Below are positions 1-9,775 of a DNA stretch of 64,000 bases, piece by piece. This stretch comes from Bacteriovoracia bacterium (GTDB taxonomy: Bacteria; Bdellovibrionota; UBA1018; JBFWNL01), in assembly GCA_050251055.1 (NCBI GenBank), contig JBFWNL010000001.1, positions 11,815-75,814 of the forward strand, read 5' to 3'. The number at the start of each line of letters is the position of its first letter. Positions within the stretch are counted from its first letter, which is position 1. The notes below the pieces were generated by a model. It worked only from the letters and a program-made list of their open reading frames with translations, was not told where the DNA came from and searched no databases. The position numbers were made by a program, and so were the translations under genes.

Positions 1-669
1 GGCGACGTGCGTGCCGTGGCCGTCGAGATCCATCGGGTTATTGTCGTTGTCGACGTAATCGTATCCGTGATTGGGATACGTGGCGCCGCCGTCCCACATA
101 TTCGCCGCGAGATCCGCGTGGTTGTAGTTCACGCCCGTATCCACGATCGCCACGGGTGCGGCGATGCAATTCGTGGTGGTGTTCCACGCGGCTTCGAGCC
201 CCATATCGCGTCCAGCGACGCCGGGATTGTTTTGGGCGTAGTTTCCGCTAGTGACGGTTTGAGCCGTGTTTTTGAAGCCCCAAAGCTGCGTGAACTGGGG
301 ATCGTTCGGCAGCGCGAGCTTGCGGTAAATGTAGTTGGGCTGGGCCCATTCGACTTCCGGCTGCGCCGCCATCTCCGCGATGGCATCCATAAGGGCGCGT
401 CCCTCGGGCGCGGCGACCTTGGCGAGCCCCGATTCGATCGTCTGGAGTTTGCGTGCGCCCGCGCGATCGAGCACGCCTTGTTCCGAGCGTGCGTCACGGT
501 ACGGCGCCTTGAATTTCACCAGAATCTCACCCGCCCGGTGCGTGGAAAATACCTTCTTGAAGGCCGCGGGCCGGGCGGCCACGACGGGGCCGGCGTGCGA
601 GCCCACCGCGCCGAAAAAGCTGGTGACGGCGGTGAAGGCGATGAGAGTGGCGCACCGGAAAAATTTCAT
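1..669 (-). CDS. Secreted S8 (subtilisin-family) serine protease, 3' end runs off the window
   Basis: Not in the ORF track; hand-translated from ATG 669 (overlaps TGA of the upstream gene): MKFFRCATLIAF signal peptide, prodomain ending EWAQPNYIYR, LPNDP, catalytic Asp motif VAIVDTGVNYNHADL, catalytic His motif DGHGTHVA. Confidence 0.95.
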   Translation of the reverse strand, partial: MKFFRCATLIAFTAVTSFFGAVGSHAGPVVAARPAAFKKVFSTHRAGEILVKFKAPYRDARSEQGVLDRAGARKLQTIESGLAKVAAPEGRALMDAIAEMAAQPEVEWAQPNYIYRKLALPNDPQFTQLWGFKNTAQTVTSGNYAQNNPGVAGRDMGLEAAWNTTTNCIAAPVAIVDTGVNYNHADLAANMWDGGATYPNHGYDYVDNDNNPMDLDGHGTHVA

Positions 670-1067
670 GGCAGCACCACCGAAGTTTCCGCCGAGGCTA
701 CGCCGGAGGGATTCATGGCGGAGTATGCGACGATTTTAAGGTAGTAAGTTCCCGCCGGCAGCACCGGCAAGGCGGCGGAAGTGGGCGCGGCGGCGCCGGA
801 AACGTAGGGAACGTTGACGAAGGGCGCGCCACTGACGGCGAAGCCCGTCGCTTGGCTATAGTGCACGCGATACCCGCCGCCCGTCGCGTTGACCGCGTGC
901 TCGCGGTTGGCATTCCAAGAAACCTGAATTCGGGGAGGGGTGGAGATTTGTTCACGGGGATTGAGGGAAGCATTGAGGCTGTTGACGGAGAGGCGCGAGC
1001 AGCCGGAGGCGGCAGCGAGAACGATCCAAAGCGCAATCCACGGGCGGCGTCGGCGGTGAGCCTTCAA
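666..1067 (-). CDS. Lipoprotein with fibronectin type III-like domain
   Basis: Lipobox AASGC; VSWNAN...GYRVHY...GTYYLKIVAYS FN3 pattern; ATGA coupling to the S8 gene. Confidence 0.8.
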   Translation of the reverse strand: MKAHRRRRPWIALWIVLAAASGCSRLSVNSLNASLNPREQISTPPRIQVSWNANREHAVNATGGGYRVHYSQATGFAVSGAPFVNVPYVSGAAAPTSAALPVLPAGTYYLKIVAYSAMNPSGVASAETSVVLP

Positions 1068-1205
1068 AGAGTCCCCCTAAAACATGCCCCAGCCCATTTG
1101 CTCCCCTGAAATCCTCTAACCTGAGTATTGTCTCAATTTTGACTATTTTAATCAACTAATAAGTTCTGAAAAATCAATGGCTTGAATGTGAAATTAACAA
1201 TTAAA

Positions 1206-1910
1206 TTACGCGGGGTTAGGCCGGCTCTTGAGCTCGAGCAGGGCGTTTTCGAGGGCCGTTTCTAGCGACTGGATCCGTTCCCGGTACTGGGCCTCGGTCG
1301 TGAGCGGTGCACCCTTGAGGGTCAGGCGGAATAGCTCTTCTTGGAGCGCGAGGTTACGTTTTTCGAGCTCCGAGAGCGTTTTACGCAGCTGTCCCACTTC
1401 GCCTCGCTCGCGCGCCAGGACTTCTTCGCGGGTGGCGCCCGTGGGGCTCGCTGGATGGGGTGATGACGCGGGCGCGGCCGTCGCGGCTCCCGCAGCCGTG
1501 GGCGCCGCGACGCCAGGGGCGCTGGTTTCTCCGGCGGGCGCGACTCCGTCGGCGCTCGCGGGGCCGTCCGGATGCTTCACGAAGTAATCGATCGCTTCCT
1601 GTCGGGTCGCGTAGACCGGCACGGCCGGAGGCACGGCGAAGGTCGCGATTTTTTTTGCCACCTCGGAGTCGATGCCGGCGATCACGATGCGACCGGCGAG
1701 TTCGCGCGCCAACAGGTCAAGCGCCGCGAGTTCACGCACGGTCTCCGAGGTGGGCGGCGCCATCTTCGAGAGCTCGAGCACGATGCGGTTTTTCCCGACC
1801 GTAAGCAGCTTTTTCAAGCCCACCTTTAAAACCTGGAAATCGTGCGCCGTTTGGGTGCCTTCGGCGCTTAAGATCTCGATTCCTTGTTCTTGGGTGAGGG
1901 CAAGTTTCAT
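1206..1910 (-). CDS. STAS-like domain protein with C-terminal coiled coil
   Basis: N-terminal RIVLELS...GRIVIAG...VYATRQEAI resembles STAS/anti-anti-sigma fold; Ala/Pro linker; heptad-rich C-terminus. Confidence 0.65.
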   Translation of the reverse strand: MKLALTQEQGIEILSAEGTQTAHDFQVLKVGLKKLLTVGKNRIVLELSKMAPPTSETVRELAALDLLARELAGRIVIAGIDSEVAKKIATFAVPPAVPVYATRQEAIDYFVKHPDGPASADGVAPAGETSAPGVAAPTAAGAATAAPASSPHPASPTGATREEVLARERGEVGQLRKTLSELEKRNLALQEELFRLTLKGAPLTTEAQYRERIQSLETALENALLELKSRPNPA

Positions 1911-1927
1911 CGTCGTTTAAACCTGAT

Positions 1928-2371
1928 TTAAGAGAGTTGGGCCCGATAGTAAAAGAGCCGGATCAGATCCCGGCGCGTGATGATGCCGACGAGCTTGTCT
2001 TGCTTGCCTTTGCCGTCGACCACGGGCAGCCGGCGGAAGCGCGACTTCACGAAGTGTTCGATGACTTCGTCGATTGGCGTATCCTGGGCGATGGAATCGA
2101 CTTGGTTCGAAAAGGTGATCTTGCCCTCGAAGTGCTGGGGTTTGAGGGGGCCGGCTTGGGCGACTTGGGCCAGGATGTCGTACTCGGAGAGCACGCCGAC
2201 GAGTTTGCCCTGTTTGTCGACGACAGGCAGCCCGGTGATGCGGTTGTTGATCAACACCTTCAGGGCTTCCTCGAGCGAGCAGTCGTCCCGCACCGTGATC
2301 AGCTCGGTGGACATGACGTCCTTGGCGAGGGTGGGGGTGGTGCCGATGTTCAAGATTTCTGCAGTGTTCAT
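1928..2371 (-). CDS. CBS-domain pair protein
   Basis: AKDVMST...ITGLPVVD...LVGVLSEYD and FRRLPVVD...LVGIITRRD; ATG 2371 preferred over 2407. Confidence 0.92.
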   Translation of the reverse strand: MNTAEILNIGTTPTLAKDVMSTELITVRDDCSLEEALKVLINNRITGLPVVDKQGKLVGVLSEYDILAQVAQAGPLKPQHFEGKITFSNQVDSIAQDTPIDEVIEHFVKSRFRRLPVVDGKGKQDKLVGIITRRDLIRLFYYRAQLS

Positions 2372-2435
2372 AGGCAAGATTATAGGGTGCCCGCGCATTG
2401 ACTTCAATCTTTGAACTCGTCACACTAGATAAAGA

Positions 2436-3527
2436 TTGGCACTGGACGCCGCGCTTTTCCAAACTTGGGTCAATAACTACTGTATTCCCATGCGGGCCGG
2501 CGAAACCTTGACCCGGATCCTACGCGCGGCGCAAGACGAGGAGAGTCAGCTGGAAGACCTCGCGCGCATTTTCTCCGAAAACCAGGCCTACGTGCATTTT
2601 CTCAAAAAATTCGATTTGTTTTCCAAGCGGGTGGGGCAGTGGGAGGCGGAAGATCCCCAGTTGCAAGCCTCGGATTTGATCATGGTGGAGCGGCTTTTTC
2701 GTCTCGTGGGACGCGAAGCGGCAAGGGGGCTCACGGCCAGCATCGCGCTGAATCGAGTTTCTGAAATGGGTTTGCCGAGACTCAAGAGCAAGGCGAATGA
2801 CAGCAAGCAGAAGCTCAAGCTCAACCCACGCGAGCAGCTCAAGTACGCGCATCAGATCGCTGATTTCTTCACCGAGCACAAGATGCCCGGCGCCGACGCC
2901 GCTTTCCGCGCGGCCATGCATTACGATTTCCTGAATGCCCTCTTAAACAAACACGCGGCCGCGCGCGAAGTCTTGAAATATGTGGAAGAGGCTTTCAAGG
3001 AGGGGCTCACCACGGCGCGCGTGACCTTCCGCTTGGCGACGCGCCTGAAGCGCGCGCAGCTGGGGGATGGCGTTTTCGCGGCGGCGCTCCTTATGCCTTT
3101 GGGGAAAATCGCGATGATGGCGCTTTTTCCGCCCGTGCTCAAGGACGGGGCTTGGCTTTCGGTAAAGACGGGGTTCGGCGACTTCGAGCTTTATGAGTTT
3201 TTTGCTTACCGGGAACTGGAGGCGAAGAAGTTCGGCGTGAGCTATCTTGATCTCAGCGCTCAGCTCGCGGGCTTCGCGGGATTTAGTCCCGAGCTCGCGC
3301 CCGTGCTGCGGCACGTACGCACGCCGTATGCGCTCGAAAAAGAAAAAGGCTCGCCCGAGCTCGCCATCCTGCTTAGCGTGGCCGAGATCCTCACCGCGCA
3401 CGTCCAGGGCGTGGGCGTCGCGTTTTCGGCGATTTTCCTACCCTGGCAAAAAAAATGGCTACAGGGCTACAAGCTCGATCTCGATCAGCTCAAGGCCGTG
3501 GCCGAGGAGCTGAAGAAGGCCAAATGA
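2436..3527 (+). CDS. HDOD-like signalling domain protein
   Basis: All-helical 363 aa; AFRAAMHYD and FAAALLMPLGKIAM resemble degenerate HDOD 'AGLLHDIGK' motifs; start uncertain. Confidence 0.55.
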   Translation: MALDAALFQTWVNNYCIPMRAGETLTRILRAAQDEESQLEDLARIFSENQAYVHFLKKFDLFSKRVGQWEAEDPQLQASDLIMVERLFRLVGREAARGLTASIALNRVSEMGLPRLKSKANDSKQKLKLNPREQLKYAHQIADFFTEHKMPGADAAFRAAMHYDFLNALLNKHAAAREVLKYVEEAFKEGLTTARVTFRLATRLKRAQLGDGVFAAALLMPLGKIAMMALFPPVLKDGAWLSVKTGFGDFELYEFFAYRELEAKKFGVSYLDLSAQLAGFAGFSPELAPVLRHVRTPYALEKEKGSPELAILLSVAEILTAHVQGVGVAFSAIFLPWQKKWLQGYKLDLDQLKAVAEELKKAK

Positions 3528-3736
3528 GCGCGCACCGGATTACGAAAGCCTGCACGGAATGCGAGGATTGCGTGGCGATGTGTCCCACGCAGAGCATTTT
3601 CTACGGAGCCGAACGCTTTGTGATCGATCTTGACACTTGCACGGGCTGTCGCGTTTGCGTCCAGGTGTGCCCGGTAAACGCCATCGTGCCCGCGGACGCG
3701 ACGGCCCCGGCGGTCAGCGACGGAAAAAAATCATAG
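3524..3736 (+). CDS. 2[4Fe-4S] ferredoxin
   Basis: CTECEDCVAMCP and CTGCRVCVQVCP; ATG 3524 overlaps upstream TGA. Confidence 0.93.
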   Translation: MSAHRITKACTECEDCVAMCPTQSIFYGAERFVIDLDTCTGCRVCVQVCPVNAIVPADATAPAVSDGKKS

Positions 3737-4508
3737 AGTTGTTTTCGGCGCGGTGGATCTTGGCGTCCAGCTTCAGCGTGCGCTTCGTTTCGCTCACCGG
3801 CCGATGCGCGCCCGGCGCGCGGGTGGGGGAGGCGGTGAAGTAGGGAATGCGGTTGTCGTCCAGCCAGGAGATCACGACGCCGCCCTCGGAGTCGAATCCG
3901 GCCGGATCGGGCGTGTGGAATACGTCATGTACGCTCACCGGGGTGCCGGGCTTCAGGCGCGAGAAGATGTTTTCGATGTACCAGTGCGCGAACTTCGCCG
4001 AGTGATCGCTGTCGATGAACGCGTAATCGATTTCCGTGGGCAGGTGATCGAGGTTGTCCTGCACGCGGCCCAAGAAAAAGTGTCGGCGTCCCTGCGCGAG
4101 CTCCCGCGGGACGTTGCGCTCGGAGGCGTCGATCATGTCGAAGGAATAGAGCTCGCCCTGCCGGTTGTCGGCTAGCGCGTGCAAAATCCAGGTGCTCGAC
4201 CAGCCCCCGCACGGGGAGATTTCGACGACCGTGCGTGGCCGCGACTCGCGCAGCCAGAGATAAGTAAGCTCCGCCTCAATGTCGTCGAGTTGCGGTTTGA
4301 GAATCGCCCCGCGCGTGAGGTAGCTTTGCGCCCGCCGCGCGGAAGCGAGCAGCTTCTGGGGCAAAGGAGCATCTTTTACCGGCAAGTAACCGAACGACTG
4401 ATAAAGTTCCGCCTGGGCGGCGCGGACCCGGGTTAAGTCACCCGCGTACTTTCGGTAGAGGCCCGTGAAGTAATCGGCGTCGAGGCTCGTAGGCAATGCT
4501 TGACTCAT
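3714..4508 (-). CDS. Class I SAM-dependent methyltransferase (Methyltransf_24-like)
   Basis: RPRTVVEISPCGGWSS, LYSFD, IDYAFIDSDHS, VSVHD motifs. Confidence 0.85.
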   Translation of the reverse strand: MSQALPTSLDADYFTGLYRKYAGDLTRVRAAQAELYQSFGYLPVKDAPLPQKLLASARRAQSYLTRGAILKPQLDDIEAELTYLWLRESRPRTVVEISPCGGWSSTWILHALADNRQGELYSFDMIDASERNVPRELAQGRRHFFLGRVQDNLDHLPTEIDYAFIDSDHSAKFAHWYIENIFSRLKPGTPVSVHDVFHTPDPAGFDSEGGVVISWLDDNRIPYFTASPTRAPGAHRPVSETKRTLKLDAKIHRAENNSMIFFRR

Positions 4509-4564
4509 ATAGGATGCTTTTCTCAGTACCAGAAACCCAGGCTTTATGGTAGCCCCAAACCACG

Positions 4565-5344
4565 ATGGCGCTCCCACTTTCGGCCCTCATCATTACGCAT
4601 AATGAAGAAAAGAACATCGCCCGCTGCTTAGAGTCATTGACTTGGGTGGAAGAGATCTTGGTGATCGACGGGGGAAGTAGCGACCGCACGCTCGCTATTT
4701 GTCGCGATCCAGGTGCGGCTTGGGCTACGAAGATCCGGGTGATCGAAAACCCCTGGCCGGGGTTTCGCGTGCAGCGCAATCTTTGCCTGAAGGAGGCGAA
4801 GCACGACTGGGTGCTCGTAGTGGACGCCGATGAGCGTTGCACTCCCGCGCTCGCGCATCGACTGCGGGAGCTGCTCTCGGCCACCGGGGGGCCCGCGAAG
4901 CCGGCCTACAAGGTGCAACGTTTGGAGTATTTTTTAGGTAAGCACATCCGTCATGGAATCTGGAGCCCGAGCTATCAGGATCGGTTCTACAATCGGCAGG
5001 GCATTCAGTACATCAACGATATTCATGAGTACCCCAACTACCCGCCGAATCCGGGCGTGATTCAAGAAGCGCTCGAGCATTCCCCTGATTTCGCCCCGGA
5101 GCGTTTCTTGGAGAAGATGAATAAATATACTTCGATCGAAGCGCGCGATCGCGTGGCCCGCGGCATGCGCACGAACCCGTTTCGACTTTTCTTCGCGTTT
5201 CCGGCGATGTTCCTTAAAACTTATTTCTACTACGAGGGATACAAAGACGGGATTCATGGTTTCGTGATTTCGTTGCTCGAAGGCGTGTCTCGCGTGGTGA
5301 GGCACATTAAGATCTGGCAATACAGCCGCCGGAACCCCTCCTGA
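4565..5344 (+). CDS. Glycosyltransferase family 2 (WaaE/LgtF-like LPS core glucosyltransferase)
   Basis: IITHNEEKNIARCL, IDGGSSDRT, WVLVVDADE, IHE, GYKDGIHG. Confidence 0.92.
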   Translation: MALPLSALIITHNEEKNIARCLESLTWVEEILVIDGGSSDRTLAICRDPGAAWATKIRVIENPWPGFRVQRNLCLKEAKHDWVLVVDADERCTPALAHRLRELLSATGGPAKPAYKVQRLEYFLGKHIRHGIWSPSYQDRFYNRQGIQYINDIHEYPNYPPNPGVIQEALEHSPDFAPERFLEKMNKYTSIEARDRVARGMRTNPFRLFFAFPAMFLKTYFYYEGYKDGIHGFVISLLEGVSRVVRHIKIWQYSRRNPS

Positions 5345-5398
5345 TTTTTCCTATCAGTCGAAGCCCCGGCGGCCGGTGGGTAGAGTCAAGCCAGGTAC

Positions 5399-6661
5399 TT
5401 AATCCACGCGCCCCGATGCGTCCTGGCCCGCGGTGCGCGCGCGCTGGATGAGCTGATCGAGCACTTCACGCATCTCCGGATAGGTATCCACGTAACGTTC
5501 GCGTACCCGACGCAGCATCGCTTCGGCAAACCGCCCGAGGCCAGCCACGTCGAAGTCTTCGCGCATCCCCATCGCGTCTTTAAAGATGCGATCCTCTTCG
5601 CTCTCCAAGAGGATTTCGATGCGGCCGACGAAGGCGCGCACGAGGAAATCCGGCGTCGGGCTTACCCGCAGCGGGAGGATCATGTCCACTTCCTTGCGCG
5701 GGAGCGTGTACAGCAGGCGCAGCCCCGGCACCTTCAGATAGCCGTGCTCCCAGGTGGCGACCATCGCCGTGGCTTCGTCGGCGGTTAGACCTTCCCGCGC
5801 CAGCGCCGAGATCAACGCCCCGCGAGCTTGAGCTCCCGCCAGGATATCGCGTGAACGGCGCGCGTCCTCGTGATCCTTCAGCCGACGAATCAGCGCGCCG
5901 GGGATCGTTTGGTCAAGCGAACGACCCAGCCGCACCATCTGGCCGTGGCCCTTTTCGTCCACGTGCACCAAGAAAGCGGAACCGGGTAGATCGTCCAGAC
6001 GGCCGGCGATTCGTAGGTTGTCACGATCCGACGTGATCACGAGCCGTGGCTGGAAGCGCCCTAGGCCGCGGTAGAAGATGAACTTCTCCACCTCCTGGTT
6101 CGTCCGCACGAGGTTTGCCATGGGGACGTTACGAGCGTGCCCGTAGATATTTCCAGCCTCGACGGAGGGCAGGGGCGCGGTTTCACGTGGCGCGAGCACC
6201 TCCACGTCGAAGCGAGCTATGCCGTTCGCGAGCACCGGCGCGCTGTCTCGCCGGGGATACGTGAACGTCGGAGCGGGAAACGTCTCCGTGATCACTCCCT
6301 GGGGAAACTGTACCGTCACCGCCGTGCGTAGCGGCTGATCCGCGTAGAAGTAGATGACGGGTGTTTCCATCTTCTGGGTCACTTCGTTCTGATCCAGGAA
6401 GGCAAACGGAATGCATCCCTTGCCGTGGCAGGGTGGCTCGACCGGCGTGGGCCCGGGCGGCTTCGGCGGGGCCTGTACCTCCCCAAAACCGTGCACGAAC
6501 TCCGGCAGCCTCTCGTCCTCATGAGTCATGCCGTTCTGCGTGATCCCGTTTGATCCGACCAGCGAAGTGAAAGTTCCCCATTCGTGAACCTCCAGCGCCG
6601 CCAACGCGGAGCTTCCGGTCAGTAATAACAAAATACTCAAACCCCCTATGGACTTTTTCAT
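5399..6661 (-). CDS. Secreted conserved hypothetical protein
   Basis: Signal peptide; motifs VHEWGTFTS, KMETPVIYFY, EKFIFYRGLG, GLTADEA..MV.TW, RAFVGRIE. Confidence 0.8.
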   Translation of the reverse strand: MKKSIGGLSILLLLTGSSALAALEVHEWGTFTSLVGSNGITQNGMTHEDERLPEFVHGFGEVQAPPKPPGPTPVEPPCHGKGCIPFAFLDQNEVTQKMETPVIYFYADQPLRTAVTVQFPQGVITETFPAPTFTYPRRDSAPVLANGIARFDVEVLAPRETAPLPSVEAGNIYGHARNVPMANLVRTNQEVEKFIFYRGLGRFQPRLVITSDRDNLRIAGRLDDLPGSAFLVHVDEKGHGQMVRLGRSLDQTIPGALIRRLKDHEDARRSRDILAGAQARGALISALAREGLTADEATAMVATWEHGYLKVPGLRLLYTLPRKEVDMILPLRVSPTPDFLVRAFVGRIEILLESEEDRIFKDAMGMREDFDVAGLGRFAEAMLRRVRERYVDTYPEMREVLDQLIQRARTAGQDASGRVD

Positions 6662-6748
6662 ATTCAGTCCCCCTTTCGGCCTTGTTTATACCTATGACGC
6701 ATGTGGAAAAAAATTGAATAAAAAGACATTTATGTTAACTAAAAGTTT

Positions 6749-7627
6749 ATGAATTTACGACGCCTGGAATATTTTCTCACGCTGGCTCAAACGGGAAACT
6801 TGCGCAAAGCATCAGAGTTGCTGCGCGTTTCGCCGCCTGCGCTCTCGAAGGCGATGAAGGTGCTCGAAGAGGAGATCGAGGCGTCACTCTGGATTCGCGA
6901 TGGTCGGCGCATCATCCTCACGGATTCGGGCAAGGCGCTGCTTAAGCGCGCCCCGGCTTTGATCGACGAACTCAACGACCTCAAGCAAAGCTTGCACGCC
7001 GAGCGTGCCGGTCCGCGGCCCGTGAAGATCGGCACGTTCGAGGTTTTTTCGACTTACTTCCTGAGTTTTCTCGATCGCGTGGGTTGGAACGATCACGCGC
7101 TGGAATTGCATGAGCTTCTGCCGGGCGAAGTCGAGCGCTACGTGGGCCAGGGCGAGCTGGATCTGGGCATCACCTATTTACCTGTGCCGGATCCAAGCTT
7201 GGACTTTTTGCGGGTAACGTCGATTGAAATGGGCGTCTTCGCGCGTAAAGGGTCCTTTCGGGGGGTCTCCCAGGAGGAACTGCCGTTCGTGATTCCCGTG
7301 ATGCCGCTTCAAGGAGTGCCGACAAAGGTGCGCGGGCTTGACGGCTGGCCGGATGACGCCTATCAGCGCAAAGTTCTGCATCGGGTGACGTTGATGGAAT
7401 CCGCGCTTGAGCTTTGCCGACAGGGAAGGGTAGCCGGCTACTTTCCGACCTTCGTGGTGCAGGAGCACAACCGGAGGGTGGAGGCGGAGTTTCGGCTAGA
7501 GCGTCGCAAGTCTCCTTACCCGAATCGCGTTTGCCGGGCCGACGTTTACCTAGTGAAGCGCAAATCGTACGAAGAAACCGTCATCGCCAAGCAGCTGGCC
7601 AAAGCCATCCGATTAGTTTGTGCTTAG
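6749..7627 (+). CDS. LysR-family transcriptional regulator
   Basis: N-terminal HTH GNLRKASELLRVSPPALSKAMKVLEEE; 292 aa; divergent from the secreted hypothetical. Confidence 0.95.
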   Translation: MNLRRLEYFLTLAQTGNLRKASELLRVSPPALSKAMKVLEEEIEASLWIRDGRRIILTDSGKALLKRAPALIDELNDLKQSLHAERAGPRPVKIGTFEVFSTYFLSFLDRVGWNDHALELHELLPGEVERYVGQGELDLGITYLPVPDPSLDFLRVTSIEMGVFARKGSFRGVSQEELPFVIPVMPLQGVPTKVRGLDGWPDDAYQRKVLHRVTLMESALELCRQGRVAGYFPTFVVQEHNRRVEAEFRLERRKSPYPNRVCRADVYLVKRKSYEETVIAKQLAKAIRLVCA

Positions 7628-7654
7628 CGCGCCGCCGGGTTACATTTAAGGGGA

Positions 7655-9115
7655 TTGGGCAACCACGAACCCCTCCTCATCATCGGCGCCCTCCTGTTGA
7701 TCCTGAGCGTCGTTTCCAGCAAAGTCGCGCGTCCACTGGGCGTGCCTTCTCTCATCATATTTATCGGCATCGGCATGATCGCCGGCAGCGAGGGGCTCGG
7801 CGGCATTGAATTCACCAACGCGGCGTGGGCCCAGGCGCTCGGCGTGGTGGCGCTCGTCTACATCCTTTTCGCCGGCGGGTTGGACACCGACTTGAAGGCC
7901 GTCCGGCCCGTGCTGGTCTCGGGCGGCGTACTGGGTACGGTGGGGGTGATCATCACCTGCCTACTTACCGGCGCCTTCGCCCATTGGCTCTTGGACTTCA
8001 ACTGGTGGGAGAGCTTCCTCTTGGGCGCGATCGTCAGCTCGACCGATGCGGGCGCGGTTTTTACCGTGCTACGCGAGAAGAGCATCCGGTTTAAAGGACG
8101 CGTCCAGCCCCTGCTGGAGTTCGAGTCCGGAATCAACGATCCCATGACGGTGCTGCTCACGGTGGGCTTCATTGCCCTCTTGACCGGCAAGATCGCCACT
8201 CCCTGGGAGTTGCTGCCGCGATTCCTCATCGAACTCGTGTCCGGTACGCTCATCGGCATTGGCTCTGGGTATGCCATGGCGTGGCTACTGAATCGGATCA
8301 AGCTGGAGGCGGAAGGGCTTTATCCCGTACTGAGTTTCGCCTGTGTGCTTTTTATATACAGTATGACCCAGAGCCTTGGCGCGAGTGGGTTTCTTGCGGT
8401 GTATCTGTGCGGCTTGGTTCTGCGCCACCAAGTGTTCATCCACAAAAAGTCCTTGATTCTTTTTCATGAGGGCTTCGCGTGGATCATGCAGATTGCGATG
8501 TTCTTGGCCTTGGGGCTATTAGTGTTTCCCTCGCAGCTCGTCGTGGTGACCCAAGAAGGGGTCGCGCTTTCGGCATTCCTTGTATTCGTCGCCCGGCCCG
8601 TGGCGGTTTTCCTTTCCCTGGCCGGTGCGCAGTTCAATTTCCGTGAGAAGCTGCTCATTTCCTGGGTGGGTCTCCGGGGTAGCGTGCCGATTATCTTCGC
8701 GACTTATCCGCTGTTGGCCGGCATTGGCAAGGCCGAGCTGATTTTCAACCTGGTTTTTTTTATCGTGCTGACCTCCGTGCTCGTACAGGGGACCGGCGTC
8801 GCCCGCGTCGCGCGGTGGCTGCGGGTGGATGCGCCGATTCAAAAAAAGGTGCGCTTTCCTCTGGAGTATATACCTACCGGGAACATGATGAGCGATCTGG
8901 TCGCGGTGCAAGTACCGAAGCATTCGCCCATCGTGGGCAAGTCGATCCTAGAGCTAGGGCTGCCGAAAGACGCGCTCGTGGTGCTTATCCAACGCAAGGG
9001 GAACGTGATCGTGCCCAAGGGTGGCACCCATCTGGAAGTGGACGACGCGATGCTCGTATTGGCGGAGAAATCTGCGCTTGCGGAAGTGCATCGTCTCGTG
9101 GGTCCTCAAGCTTGA
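7655..9115 (+). CDS. cvrA: K+/H+ antiporter NhaP2/CvrA with TrkA-C domain
   Basis: GSEGLGGI, SSTDAGAVF, LEFESGINDPM, WVGLRGSVPIIFATYP; C-terminal RCK-C. Confidence 0.93.
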   Translation: MGNHEPLLIIGALLLILSVVSSKVARPLGVPSLIIFIGIGMIAGSEGLGGIEFTNAAWAQALGVVALVYILFAGGLDTDLKAVRPVLVSGGVLGTVGVIITCLLTGAFAHWLLDFNWWESFLLGAIVSSTDAGAVFTVLREKSIRFKGRVQPLLEFESGINDPMTVLLTVGFIALLTGKIATPWELLPRFLIELVSGTLIGIGSGYAMAWLLNRIKLEAEGLYPVLSFACVLFIYSMTQSLGASGFLAVYLCGLVLRHQVFIHKKSLILFHEGFAWIMQIAMFLALGLLVFPSQLVVVTQEGVALSAFLVFVARPVAVFLSLAGAQFNFREKLLISWVGLRGSVPIIFATYPLLAGIGKAELIFNLVFFIVLTSVLVQGTGVARVARWLRVDAPIQKKVRFPLEYIPTGNMMSDLVAVQVPKHSPIVGKSILELGLPKDALVVLIQRKGNVIVPKGGTHLEVDDAMLVLAEKSALAEVHRLVGPQA

Positions 9116-9292
9116 GTGAACCCCTTGGCCGAGATTGGCGCGGGGACGCGCCAATCGTGCCACCGGTTTGTCAAAATTCGCCGTGAAACACGCTTAAAAA
9201 TCATTTAAACAGAATCCGGCGAGACGCTTTGGGTCGTGTGCATTGGCGTATCCCTTGCTTTATCTACCCTCAAGCACATCAGGAGGGCGAAG

Positions 9293-9748
9293 ATGAAGAA
9301 GCGAGTCGGCATCGGAGTGTCATTGGGGTTAGGCGTTTTCTGCGCGGGGGCGTTGGCCCTCCAGGGGCCCGGACCGGGCACGACGGGGGGAGGCTCCAGT
9401 ATTCCTTCGGCCATGCCCACGCAAGCGCCTACCCTCGCCCCGCCGGTAACCGGCGCACCTGACATCACGGGTACCGCTCGTTTGAACACGCAAGCCCCCG
9501 TGGGGACGAACCAACGCGACGCGAATGTCATGGATCTCTCGCTAACGCGCAGCATTCGCCGGGATCTTCAACGTGAACAGGGTCTCTCGCCGCTTGCCCA
9601 AGGCGTGAACATCATTACCACCCAGGACCGCATCACCCTACAAGGGAACGTGCGGAGCATCCGCGAGCGTGACCGCATCGAGAATTTGGCGCGTAGCCGT
9701 GCCGGTACCAAAACTGTCGTCAACGAAATGCAAATCGTCACCGAATAG
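9293..9748 (+). CDS. BON-domain periplasmic protein
   Basis: AGGAGG RBS before ATG 9293; signal peptide; ITLQGNV...IENLARS..G.K.VVNEM BON pattern. Confidence 0.88.
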   Translation: MKKRVGIGVSLGLGVFCAGALALQGPGPGTTGGGSSIPSAMPTQAPTLAPPVTGAPDITGTARLNTQAPVGTNQRDANVMDLSLTRSIRRDLQREQGLSPLAQGVNIITTQDRITLQGNVRSIRERDRIENLARSRAGTKTVVNEMQIVTE

Positions 9749-9775
9749 TCGGGGCGAATTCAACAAGGAGAAAAG

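Noticed and set aside
7-744. 245-aa + strand ORF
   Set aside because: Antisense shadow of the S8 protease, whose catalytic motifs are on the - strand
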